A stretch of DNA of 40,569 bases. Source: an uncultured archaeon (GTDB lineage Archaea; Asgardarchaeota; Thorarchaeia; Thorarchaeales; Thorarchaeaceae). Numbering within the stretch: position 1 is the first letter of the stretch; each line of letters begins with the position of its first letter. The DNA is taken from positions 1 through 40,569 of the forward strand of contig CAYWJO010000021.1 of NCBI GenBank assembly GCA_964458565.1, written 5' to 3'. Below are positions 7,710 to 17,577 of the stretch, piece after piece. The notes beneath the pieces were generated by a model that was given only the letters and a program-made list of their open reading frames with translations, searched no databases and was not told where the DNA came from. A program made the translations under genes and the position numbers.

Positions 7710-10658
7710 TCATTCGAATTTTTGAAATACTATACGAAATTCTGCACCATCTTCTGGTTTTCCTGGTACACGATCAACAACATCAATACGTCCCAGGTAT
7801 TTGTCAACAATTTGTTTGCTCTGATGTAATCCAAGACCTCCGAATCTTCTGGACATTTCAAATAGGTCAGCCTTCAATGAATCTGTAATTCCCGGACCAT
7901 TATCAGCAATACTTACAAGATAACCATCTGGTTCCTCTGAGATTGTGACCCAAATTTGTTTAGATTCAGACTTATTGTGTTCGATTGCGTTCATCAGTAT
8001 ATTTGAGAGTAATAATTCTAAATAGTTGTCTGCTTCAATTATTGCTTCTGGAATTCTGTAGTTTCTATGAAATTCTACTCCTTCGACACGTGCTGCAATC
8101 GCTTCAATGCATGACTCTACGGATTTTACTAATGGGCGATCTATCAGTGGGACTGCCATTAGGTGTTCTGTTTCCTTGACTTCTTCAATCATTCTGGAGC
8201 AACGTTGGACTGATTTCTTGATAACCTCAAGAAATGATTCTTTTACTGCCTCTTCAGTGGCATTACGGAGTAATGCAGCACTCCCCATAATGACCTGTAA
8301 TTGATTTCTTATGTCGTGACCCATCAAGTCCATATAGAGTAGCGCTCTGTCTTTTGCACTTCTTAGTTCTCTTTCCGCTACTTTACGATCAGTGACATCC
8401 ACTAATACCGTTTGAATTGCAGGATGCCCTGCGTACTCAATAGTACTCGCAAAGGTTTCAACCCAACGAGTTTCTCCATTACTCCGGATTATTCTATACT
8501 CAGATCGTGCAGGTGATTCTCTTCCGGCTAACCTATCAAGAATTCTCTGTCGAAAATCTTTGCGATCATCTGGATGAAACATATTGTAAATATCTGTAAG
8601 TGACATTTCCATTAATTCATCAGGTCGCTTACCTACAATCCTGGCAAATGCGCGATTAGTGTATACAAGTCCGTCATCCTGTAGGATTGTCAATCCTTGA
8701 AGTGATTGTTCTGCTAAAGTACGGTACTTAATCTCTGAATTGAGAATAGCTTCTTGGGCACCTCGTCGGTCAGTAATATCGACTAATACAGTCTGCATAG
8801 CTGGTTGACCAGAGTATTCAATGATACTGACATAAGACTCAACCCATCTTACATGTCCGTCCTTTCTCACAATTCGATACTCAGTTCTATCTTGAACCTC
8901 TTTAGTCGCCATATATTCTCTGAATCGTTCTCTCAATCTCTCACGATCATCCTCATGGATCATGCCCCATACTTGAGTAGATGTAAAATCTAAAATTTCA
9001 TCTACTGAAAATCCAACAATATCTGAATATGCTTGATTTGCATAGACAACTGCTTCATCCTGCATGATTGATATCCCTTGCAGTGATTGTTCTGCAAGTG
9101 CACGATATTTACTCTCTTCCTCACGTAATGCATTCTCTGCAGTTTTCCTATCAGTAATATCCACAAGCATTACTTGTAACGCATTTTTACCTCCGTATTC
9201 TATTACGTTGGAAAATGCTGCTACCCATCTAGTTTTGTCATCTTTGGTCAGCAATCGATATTCATAGGGCATAGGTATTGGTTTTCCTGACTTTCTATCA
9301 TCGGCAAGTTGCAGCAGATATGATTTGTCTTCCGGATGAATCAGGTCCCATTGGTCTCTTGGTGCCATTTCCATGATCTCATGAACTTGACACCCAACCA
9401 TTGAAGCGAAAGCATTATTGACGTATACATATTTATCATCCTGAATCACAGTGACACCTTGTAGTGAGTTTTCAGCCAAGGTCCTGTATTTTTCTTCTGA
9501 CTCTCTCCTAGCCTTTTCAGCTTCCTTCATAGGAGTAATATCACGAATGAGACTTTGATATCCTACTGGTTTTTCATCTTCAGTCAAGATTGTGTTTGTT
9601 ATATGATAATAGAAAATTGAACCATCCTTTCGCATTCCTCTAGCTTCAATACCCGCCCGCAATGTCTTTTGAGTATCAAGTCCGTTTTTGAATGCATGAA
9701 TGAGTTCGTCCTTATCCTCAGGATGAACAAGTTCATAGAATTTCAGCCCGACTACCTCATTTTCAGTCATTCCAAACAGACGTGCTGCTGTTGGGCTACT
9801 CATGATGATTGTCCCTGTCATATCGGTTTGAAATAGACCATCAGAAAGATTCTCGAATAATACTCGATATCTTTCTTCACTAATTCGTAATTCTTCCTGA
9901 TGTAACTTTCTATAAGTTATATCCCTGATGATACCAGAGAAGGCGAATGGTTTTCCATCTGAGTCATAAATTACGGAAGCACTGACTTCTGCAGGATAAG
10001 TTGATCCATCAACACGAAGAAGTTCATATTCGAGACCCTGATTTGTCCCATTTTCCAATGTCATTTGTAGATTCTTGATTGCACGTTCTCTCTGTTCAGG
10101 TACAATGAGATCCAAAGAGCTCATACCCACCATGTCTTCATCTCTCTGACAACCGTACATTTCCAATGTTCGTTTATTTACCATGAGGATTTTTCCTTCA
10201 AGATCTGTGAGTGTTATCGAAAATGGTGCCGCATCTACTAGACTTCTATATTTCTCTTCACTCTCTGCTATTGCCTTCTCAAAATTGCGCAGTTCAGTGA
10301 TATCTGTTATAACAGCAAAGGAACCCCTATGATTTCCATCCTCATCTATTAATGGTGCTCCTGACACAATGGTTGGTAGCAACTCTCCTGTCTTTTTAGT
10401 CCATTCGAGTTCATATTGCGAGGCTATACCCTTAGTCCTTTTTTCCACATTTTCTATCAGAATCTTCTTATTATTATCATCAAGAAACTCTCCAAGTCCC
10501 CTCCCAATCATTTCTTCAGATGAATATCCAAGCATCGATGCAAACCTCTTATTAACATAGGTCAATTTACTTGTTTCATCTACGACTCCAAAACCATCAT
10601 TCATCGAGTCAACAAGGGCTCGATATCTAAGAATATCATCGGATGTTTCATTATTCAT
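7710..10658 (-). CDS. Sensor histidine kinase with six PAS domains
   Basis: Six YRxLx(D/E) PAS starts ending in D(I/V)T, H-box GHDIRNQL, N-box NILMNA, DNGPG and GLGL. Confidence 0.92.
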   Translation of the reverse strand: MNNETSDDILRYRALVDSMNDGFGVVDETSKLTYVNKRFASMLGYSSEEMIGRGLGEFLDDNNKKILIENVEKRTKGIASQYELEWTKKTGELLPTIVSGAPLIDEDGNHRGSFAVITDITELRNFEKAIAESEEKYRSLVDAAPFSITLTDLEGKILMVNKRTLEMYGCQRDEDMVGMSSLDLIVPEQRERAIKNLQMTLENGTNQGLEYELLRVDGSTYPAEVSASVIYDSDGKPFAFSGIIRDITYRKLHQEELRISEERYRVLFENLSDGLFQTDMTGTIIMSSPTAARLFGMTENEVVGLKFYELVHPEDKDELIHAFKNGLDTQKTLRAGIEARGMRKDGSIFYYHITNTILTEDEKPVGYQSLIRDITPMKEAEKARRESEEKYRTLAENSLQGVTVIQDDKYVYVNNAFASMVGCQVHEIMEMAPRDQWDLIHPEDKSYLLQLADDRKSGKPIPMPYEYRLLTKDDKTRWVAAFSNVIEYGGKNALQVMLVDITDRKTAENALREEESKYRALAEQSLQGISIMQDEAVVYANQAYSDIVGFSVDEILDFTSTQVWGMIHEDDRERLRERFREYMATKEVQDRTEYRIVRKDGHVRWVESYVSIIEYSGQPAMQTVLVDITDRRGAQEAILNSEIKYRTLAEQSLQGLTILQDDGLVYTNRAFARIVGKRPDELMEMSLTDIYNMFHPDDRKDFRQRILDRLAGRESPARSEYRIIRSNGETRWVETFASTIEYAGHPAIQTVLVDVTDRKVAERELRSAKDRALLYMDLMGHDIRNQLQVIMGSAALLRNATEEAVKESFLEVIKKSVQRCSRMIEEVKETEHLMAVPLIDRPLVKSVESCIEAIAARVEGVEFHRNYRIPEAIIEADNYLELLLSNILMNAIEHNKSESKQIWVTISEEPDGYLVSIADNGPGITDSLKADLFEMSRRFGGLGLHQSKQIVDKYLGRIDVVDRVPGKPEDGAEFRIVFQKFE

Positions 10659-10878
10659 TATTGGAGTTTCCTTCCTAAAGATTTCCTGTGTTGGAAAAAG
10701 GGGCTAATACCTCTTATCCCTTTGTCTTGTGTGTTTTTGAATAAATTTAGGACGTCAGTATATTGGTATTTTCCTGACTCATTTTCAAAGGTTGCATGTT
10801 GGTTATCCTAGATTCAATTTTATGCAAGAAATCCTTTTCACTGCTTGTAGAAGTTGAATTCTCGGAGAGCTTTCTTAG

Positions 10879-13149
10879 ATGACTACTGAGCGAAGGATGC
10901 ACCTAAGAATCGTGATTCTTGTCCCTTTAGCTGTAGTCTTTACTATTTTAGTTATTGGTGGTGCGGAATTAATTTCTACAACAACCACTACTCGTGTTGG
11001 ATTGCATGCACTTTTTGCCTATTGGATCTCAATTCCTACAGCATTAGGTTTCCTCACATTGAGGAAGCATGTCACGCTATCACATTCCTTGTTAAACACC
11101 ACATTCGTAACAGCAATTCTAATCCATATTGGAAGCGCGATGAAAAATCTGTTCTATCTCAATGAGCAAGTAATAGTTCGTGTGGCTCTAGATGATGCAA
11201 TAGATATTTTCGAGATGACATTGTTCAGTATTCTACTTGCATCTTCTGTTATTGTGAAACACTTTGGTGGGTCATTTGACGAATTCTCCCCCAATATATT
11301 TTATCGATTTGTAATGATTGTGTCTGCAATAGGTTTGTATGGTTATGCTGCCTTAATCTTTTTACCAACACTGTCCCCATCCTACCTCAGTGTCTTCAAC
11401 ATTGTTTTCGGTTTAATTTCCATTCTCTTCTTCATCGTTGCTGCCATCTTGTTCAGAAAAACAAATTTCAGAACCCTGGAGATTGATTGGGGTTATCTCT
11501 CATCTGCATTGATTATATTAGCTTTATCAGTAATCACCCTATTACTTGGTTTTTCAGATGTCGCTTGGATTTATTGTGAAAATCTTCAGATAGCGGCGTT
11601 TCTTTTATTCGGTTTTGCTCTAAGTATTCCTTTCTTGAAGAATGTAGGTTTTAGAAGACGAACTTCATACATCATCTCCATTGGGTTCGTTGCCATCGCT
11701 TACATCCCCTTAGTGATAACAACAACTCTTGAATCGATGAATCTTGTTAATGAGCTGCCTCCTAATAATCTCGCGTTCTCTATCATACATATTGGAGCTG
11801 TTTCACTTTCTGCAATGATGACATACCTTCTATATGAGTACTCTAAGAAGCGTAAATTGTGGTCATCATTTCCCCTAGTCTTGATATTCTTGGTATGGAC
11901 TCTGGTCGAAATCTCAGCTATTTTCATAATTTTGTTTCCATTTCTTTCACCTTCAGGTACACCAATTGTATCCTATATAGTCGGTAGTCTCTTAACGTTG
12001 ATTCTTATTGTAATGGTCCTAAAATGGACCATATCACCAACTTCTTGGACTTTGTCTAAAAAATCTCACATTGTGCTAGGATTCGGATTTATGCTGATAG
12101 CGGTATGTCTTTTTCTTGGAGAATTCATCAATGCACTATTTTTGATGCAAAACCCTGAATTCATTTCAAGTCCATTATCTAACGTTCTACTCTTAGGTTC
12201 GAATTTAACCGTGATGCTGGTGTTTACTTATTTAGCATTTCTATTAACCAAGAAAGCTTCTGGTAACTTCTCGATAGAACTTTACACACTCAGTTTTCTA
12301 TCTGTGTGGATTCTTCACAGTATTTTAAAAAGCTATTATGCTGTCTGGACACCTGGTTGGTGGGTATCCGAATACATTCTATTCATTGGTCTGTTAGTTG
12401 GACCTACCATATTGGCATTGCTATACATTGGAGCTATGGGAGAAATCGAAGAGTCCCATCAACGAGCTGGGCTTTATGCTGATCTTCTCATGCACGATGT
12501 AACCAATTATAATCAGATTGCAATGACTTCTCTTGAACTCCTAAAGGCTGATTGTCAGGATGAAGAGAAATTGCTTGAATATGTTGGCCAAGCAATTCAA
12601 GCAGTACTACTCTCTGATCGATTGATCAGCAATGTTCGCTCGTTGTCAGAAACCGAGCAAATTAACCATTCTGATTTGAAATCTGTAGAGCTAGTTTCCT
12701 CGATTGTTGAAGCGTTAGATCTTGTATCTCAAAGTATTGGAAAAGAAAGAGTTAGAACCCAGTTTATAACTGACTACAGTCGCGTTCATGTTAAGGCAAA
12801 TGAACTACTCGTAACCGCCTTTTTCAATATTCTATACAGTTCTGTCTATCATTCAGAAGCTGGAGAGTCCGTGTTATTGGATATTGCTCCCTCTTTAGAA
12901 GACGGTCAGCAATGGTGGAATGTCCGTTTACTTGTTCAAGGTTCTTATATGAATACCAAAGATGGCTCTTTTCTTGAGCGAAGGCCAGGAGGGTTCAGTG
13001 GGGGTTCGCTTGGATTATTTGTGGCGAGATTGCTCTTTGAATCATTTGGAGGCTGCATAACTATTGACCAAGAATCCCAAGAGAATCTCATCATACGAAC
13101 AGTGATTACAGTCCGTCTTATCGGTGTCTACCCAGTTTCCACTTCTTGA
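10879..13149 (+). CDS. Polytopic membrane sensor histidine kinase-like protein (about 16 TM) with degenerate HATPase domain
   Basis: A hydrophobic region of about 520 aa is followed by H-box LMHDVTNYNQ. The N-box reads NILYSS, there is no DxGxG G1 box, and G2 is GSLGL. Confidence 0.8.
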   Translation: MTTERRMHLRIVILVPLAVVFTILVIGGAELISTTTTTRVGLHALFAYWISIPTALGFLTLRKHVTLSHSLLNTTFVTAILIHIGSAMKNLFYLNEQVIVRVALDDAIDIFEMTLFSILLASSVIVKHFGGSFDEFSPNIFYRFVMIVSAIGLYGYAALIFLPTLSPSYLSVFNIVFGLISILFFIVAAILFRKTNFRTLEIDWGYLSSALIILALSVITLLLGFSDVAWIYCENLQIAAFLLFGFALSIPFLKNVGFRRRTSYIISIGFVAIAYIPLVITTTLESMNLVNELPPNNLAFSIIHIGAVSLSAMMTYLLYEYSKKRKLWSSFPLVLIFLVWTLVEISAIFIILFPFLSPSGTPIVSYIVGSLLTLILIVMVLKWTISPTSWTLSKKSHIVLGFGFMLIAVCLFLGEFINALFLMQNPEFISSPLSNVLLLGSNLTVMLVFTYLAFLLTKKASGNFSIELYTLSFLSVWILHSILKSYYAVWTPGWWVSEYILFIGLLVGPTILALLYIGAMGEIEESHQRAGLYADLLMHDVTNYNQIAMTSLELLKADCQDEEKLLEYVGQAIQAVLLSDRLISNVRSLSETEQINHSDLKSVELVSSIVEALDLVSQSIGKERVRTQFITDYSRVHVKANELLVTAFFNILYSSVYHSEAGESVLLDIAPSLEDGQQWWNVRLLVQGSYMNTKDGSFLERRPGGFSGGSLGLFVARLLFESFGGCITIDQESQENLIIRTVITVRLIGVYPVSTS

Positions 13150-13169
13150 AAACTGATAGAATCTCGATA

Positions 13170-15020
13170 TTATTTCTCTATCACAGCAGGAATCCGAATC
13201 ACTACTCTTGTGCCTCTTTCAGGATTACCTTCTATTCTATCATTGACCATCACTTGGGCTCCATATCTCTCGGCAATTCTCTGAACAAGGGTCAATCCTA
13301 ATCCACTCCCTTGCTTTCTACCCTCTGAGAGTCTTGAGAGAATTCTCTTCTTCAATTTGTCTTGAATACCCGGACCAAAATCATCAAAAATAATATCTAG
13401 ATATTCTGCTTTTTTATCTAATATAGCTGAAATCTCAATTCTGATATTTTCTTTCCCATCATGTTTTGCAGAATTATGGAGGATATTATAAAACGCGTCT
13501 GTGAGAAATTCATCTGCAAGTACCGTATACTGCTCTCTGGATACATGTATTTTGAGATCAATAATTTTCTTTGGATAAGAGTTTTTGACCATCTCAGCTG
13601 CACCTACAAGAGCGGGATAAATGTCTAAAGGTGTCAAATCCGACGGTTCTCTATCTATCTTTGAGAATCTTCTTACATTTGAAATCAAAGTAACTCCTCT
13701 TTTCACCTGTTCTAATGCTGCTTCTAATGGCTCTTTGATTGGAAGAGGAATATCTTCCTGAAGTAGAGTAAGTTCAAGACTAGCCATTATTCCCTGATTG
13801 ATATTATTAAGGTCATGAGCCATAAGGTCATTGAAAAGCTCTGCTCTTGCTCTAGCTTCTCTAGTTTCTTCAGATGCTTGCTTCTGCGCAGTTATTTCTC
13901 GTGTTACTTCGACTACTCCCGAGACATTTCCTTGTTCATCCTTAACGGGAAATCCTTTGATATACCAAATTCTTCCATCTGGTGTATGAATCTCGTTTTC
14001 TTCGGCTAAACCTGTTTTTTGTGCAAGAACGACAGGACATTTATCACACGGTTTTTCTACACCATGCCAAAGCTGATAGCAATACTGTCCCACAATATCT
14101 TCAGGAGTAAGATCCAATGATTGTGCGGCAGCAGAATTAGTCCATACTATTTTCATATCTTTTGAATCATAGTAATTAACATGATCCGACATACTATCGA
14201 GTATTGCGGATTTCTCTCGTTCACTTTTTCTAAGATATTCATCACTCATAGCTTTCTCTGTTATGTCTCTCGTTATGCTAATATAACAGACCACATCATC
14301 TTTTTCATCTCGAATAGAAAAAGCGGATATGTCTTGGATGATTTCTTTCCCTGTTCTGGTTTTACTTCTCAATTCGCCTCTAAATGTCCCGCTCATTTTG
14401 AGATCATTAAACATATTTCGAAATACTTCTTCACCTAGGTGAGCTGCAGGAGTTCTTCCTCTAAGATAGGAATCCGAATATCCAAACAGTTGTTTATGAA
14501 AATCATTTTGTTCAATGTACTGTCCTTCTGAGTCAATAATAGCAATTGCATCATTGGATCTTTCAAAAATTTCCCTATACAATGTCAATTGATCCCGACT
14601 TTTACGTAAATCCTCCATGGCATCTACGCTATCTGTTACATCTGAGATGATTCCAACGTAATCTATTTCTTTCTCAAATTCTACAACATTTGGTATAATC
14701 TCTACATACCTAATTCCTTTAGTGCGATGGATGTATCTGAAACGTTGTATATCCTTGCTCGGTGATCCTGCTTTTCCAATAGCATAGACTGCTTCCGCCA
14801 GTTTTCTATCTTCATCAAGAAGCAATTTCAGAAGATCTTCCACAGTCCATCCAAGTAACCTGTTTATGGGCATTCCGATTAACTTAGACATTGCCAAGTT
14901 TGTATAGATAATTTCATTATTTCTGATTACTACTACTCCCTGAGGTAATTCATTAAAGATTTTGAAATAAAACTCACTTCTTTGTATAACGATGTCGGTT
15001 TTCTCTGGTACATCTGACAT
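13170..15020 (-). CDS. Sensor histidine kinase with three PAS domains
   Basis: Three PAS domains, the third with CYQLWHGVEKPCDKC. H-box AHDLNNIN, N-box NILHNS, DFGPG and GSGLGL. Confidence 0.9.
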   Translation of the reverse strand: MSDVPEKTDIVIQRSEFYFKIFNELPQGVVVIRNNEIIYTNLAMSKLIGMPINRLLGWTVEDLLKLLLDEDRKLAEAVYAIGKAGSPSKDIQRFRYIHRTKGIRYVEIIPNVVEFEKEIDYVGIISDVTDSVDAMEDLRKSRDQLTLYREIFERSNDAIAIIDSEGQYIEQNDFHKQLFGYSDSYLRGRTPAAHLGEEVFRNMFNDLKMSGTFRGELRSKTRTGKEIIQDISAFSIRDEKDDVVCYISITRDITEKAMSDEYLRKSEREKSAILDSMSDHVNYYDSKDMKIVWTNSAAAQSLDLTPEDIVGQYCYQLWHGVEKPCDKCPVVLAQKTGLAEENEIHTPDGRIWYIKGFPVKDEQGNVSGVVEVTREITAQKQASEETREARARAELFNDLMAHDLNNINQGIMASLELTLLQEDIPLPIKEPLEAALEQVKRGVTLISNVRRFSKIDREPSDLTPLDIYPALVGAAEMVKNSYPKKIIDLKIHVSREQYTVLADEFLTDAFYNILHNSAKHDGKENIRIEISAILDKKAEYLDIIFDDFGPGIQDKLKKRILSRLSEGRKQGSGLGLTLVQRIAERYGAQVMVNDRIEGNPERGTRVVIRIPAVIEK

Positions 15021-15065
15021 GAATTATATCGACCTCAGTGTTATCAACTACTTCTCGCTTGCGGT

Positions 15066-15079
15066 TAATGATATCATTA
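15066..15079. promoter_or_regulatory. Perfect 14-bp palindrome in a divergent intergenic region
   Basis: TAATGATATCATTA lies between the kinase start (15020, minus) and the SRPBCC gene (15192, plus). Confidence 0.4.
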
Positions 15080-15191
15080 CACTGTCAATAAAGATATGTG
15101 GTGCAGAGCATCCAATGATGTATGAATTTTTTCATGTTCCGTCATACACATAAGCAATAATACAAATATTCTATACACCGAGGTTCAAGTA

Positions 15192-16130
15192 GTGGATATG
15201 GATACAGTGGAGGAGGTTCTCCCAGTCGTTAGGCTAACGGTGACCTTTACTATGCCAGTTGAAGAACTATGGGAGAAATTCCTCGACCCAATCATGATGA
15301 TACAATGGCTCGGAACCGAGATTCACACTGATTTACGTGAAGGTGGATTCATTCGATTCATGGGACATTATGCACCTACTACTCCTGAGATTGAGGATTA
15401 TTGGAGCATTAGACGAATTAGGAAGGGACGAGCTTTGCTTTGTAGCTGGGGTATTATGGGTGTTGACTCATTGTTCCTATTGCGTTTTGTTGAGAAGGGA
15501 ACGCATTCTATGTTAGAAGTACGACATGGAGCGATTCCAGAATCTGCAACAGATCTTCACATATCAGAGCATTGGAATGTACTCCTTGCAAATTTCAAGG
15601 CTGTCGTCCTTCTAGGCGAGCCTGCGATTAGATTCGATTATTCTAAGTATAATCCATTGCGGATTACTCGTTATGATCCTAAAGAAACGAAGATCAGTCT
15701 ACTTTGTCATGTTCCTCCTCAGATTGCATTTGATGTTTGGACCAATCCTGAGAAACTCACTCATTTTTTGGGTATAGAGAAACCAAAAGTCGATAGAAGA
15801 TATGCAGGTATCTATACCTGGTGGGCAGAGGGAATGGGGCCTGTTCTATTCACTAAAATGGAAGAGGATCGAGAGATCGAATTCACTTGGAGTTACATGG
15901 ATGAACCTGAAACGCGTGTAAATATTCGCTTTGATGAAGTTAAAGGTGATACTCTTGTTACACTACATCACTATGCTTTCAAAAAACCAGAGGATGTGGT
16001 TGGATATGATATTGGTTGGTCGAGTATTCTGGCCGAGTTAAAACTGGTCTGTGAACTTGGTGCATCAGGTATCGAACGAATTCGTGATTGGGAACAGACT
16101 CTAGAGCCAGATTCATTTTTTGAGGATTAG
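15192..16130 (+). CDS. Tandem SRPBCC/AHSA1-like domain protein
   Basis: Two repeats of P.E.(L/V)W...(D/N)P....W/F ending in W...LA.LK. Confidence 0.8.
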   Translation: MDMDTVEEVLPVVRLTVTFTMPVEELWEKFLDPIMMIQWLGTEIHTDLREGGFIRFMGHYAPTTPEIEDYWSIRRIRKGRALLCSWGIMGVDSLFLLRFVEKGTHSMLEVRHGAIPESATDLHISEHWNVLLANFKAVVLLGEPAIRFDYSKYNPLRITRYDPKETKISLLCHVPPQIAFDVWTNPEKLTHFLGIEKPKVDRRYAGIYTWWAEGMGPVLFTKMEEDREIEFTWSYMDEPETRVNIRFDEVKGDTLVTLHHYAFKKPEDVVGYDIGWSSILAELKLVCELGASGIERIRDWEQTLEPDSFFED

Positions 16131-16855
16131 CCAGTGATTAATACCATTGTTGGATAGAGAAGTAACCACATCATTAACGCTGTTGTGAAAGGAATGAAGA
16201 AATTATCCGTCCAACCTATCGATATCAATTCGATAATAGCCACGACCACACCTATGATTGCTAGAGCGGGTAGTTCTAGAAATGGAGATGTATCACTTGA
16301 ATAAACCAGCATCGCTACAATCAGACCTAGGAAGGTGAAGAAGAAAACCCCAAAAGTTCCTTCAACTGTTTTTCTACCTATCTGATGTTTTCCATAAGTT
16401 CGGCCCACTACTTCTCCAGCAGCATCACCCCATGCTACAGCAAGGATAGATGAAACAAAGATTTCCGGTCGTGGTTGAAAGAATATGAAAACTAAAGCAA
16501 ATGCTAGCAATCCCATAAATCCAGATGCGAATGTATTCAGGCGACTCTCGTTCTCTCGACTTCCAGCTATGAGTAATTCAAATACAAGATCACTCTTGTG
16601 TGCCCATGTATATAATAGAACTGTCAGAAATAGACCGGTAGCTAATGCGGGTCCGCTGAGGTTAGAATATCCTAGCACAGTAATCCCTATTGCAGAACTC
16701 AATGCAATATGCACAAACTTTCTAGATTTCCAGTGCGGTGTTCCCTTTGTTGACATTCGATATGCAATTGCTAGTACAATAGAAGCTAAGAATCCAGTAG
16801 CAGCTGCCATAACAATATCCAATGTTGTCAAATCACCGAATACCAGCTCTACCAT
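16127..16855 (-). CDS. Phytol/dolichol (polyprenol) kinase-like membrane protein, CTP_transf_1 clan
   Basis: SRKFVHI, WGDAAGEVVG..YG, KTVEGT and DNFFIP motifs. Confidence 0.85.
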   Translation of the reverse strand: MVELVFGDLTTLDIVMAAATGFLASIVLAIAYRMSTKGTPHWKSRKFVHIALSSAIGITVLGYSNLSGPALATGLFLTVLLYTWAHKSDLVFELLIAGSRENESRLNTFASGFMGLLAFALVFIFFQPRPEIFVSSILAVAWGDAAGEVVGRTYGKHQIGRKTVEGTFGVFFFTFLGLIVAMLVYSSDTSPFLELPALAIIGVVVAIIELISIGWTDNFFIPFTTALMMWLLLYPTMVLITG

Positions 16856-16908
16856 CTTGCTCTGAAAAGGTGCTTATTTTCCCCTTTTTGACTCTATTTA
16901 TCAGGTAT

Positions 16909-17481
16909 TCATTCAATGAATGACAGAGTATTCCACTCATCAACACTTTTGATTACACCCTGAGTCAACTCATCTATCTGGCCATAGATTTTCTTAGCTG
17001 TGGTTGTCTGCAGACTTATTCGAACTAATTCTTGAAGTTCCTTTGCTTGCTCAAAAGCTTCCATAAATGTAATATCTTTGTGCCTTGTTCGGTAGACGAC
17101 TTCTCTGATGAAACCGTAAGGTCCAAGTGTTTGTAGCTTATCAGCATCAAAAACTATCTTAGCTTCAATTGTCTCAGCTTCATGAATGGTATCCAACTCA
17201 ACACATTTTACACAATGAACTAAACTCTCACGAAGCGAATCCTCAACTCCAATGCCCTTCAAAAATAAATCAACCTCTCCAGCTCTATTCGGGTGGTATT
17301 GATGTAAAAGAGCTCCAAGTCTACAGATTTGAACATCGGCACCTTCCAACGATGCTAGATACATCGCTAATTTCTCAGTCTTACGTGCATGATCCAAATC
17401 ATGTGTGTCGTCTAATGAGAGATAAATTTCTCGAGAAAACGATTCGATTTCTTCAACTTGCTTCTCAATAAGATTCGTCAT
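16909..17481 (-). CDS. HD-superfamily protein with variant HQ motif
   Basis: HDLDH...ALLHQ...VFDADKLQTLG. Confidence 0.75.
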   Translation of the reverse strand: MTNLIEKQVEEIESFSREIYLSLDDTHDLDHARKTEKLAMYLASLEGADVQICRLGALLHQYHPNRAGEVDLFLKGIGVEDSLRESLVHCVKCVELDTIHEAETIEAKIVFDADKLQTLGPYGFIREVVYRTRHKDITFMEAFEQAKELQELVRISLQTTTAKKIYGQIDELTQGVIKSVDEWNTLSFIE

Positions 17482-17577
17482 ACACCAACTCTCAAATATT
17501 TGAGGGGTGATTGCAGATTTTTAACCCTGTGGTTGATGACTTTGAATGAAATACCACTCCCTGTGAATGAAGAATAT

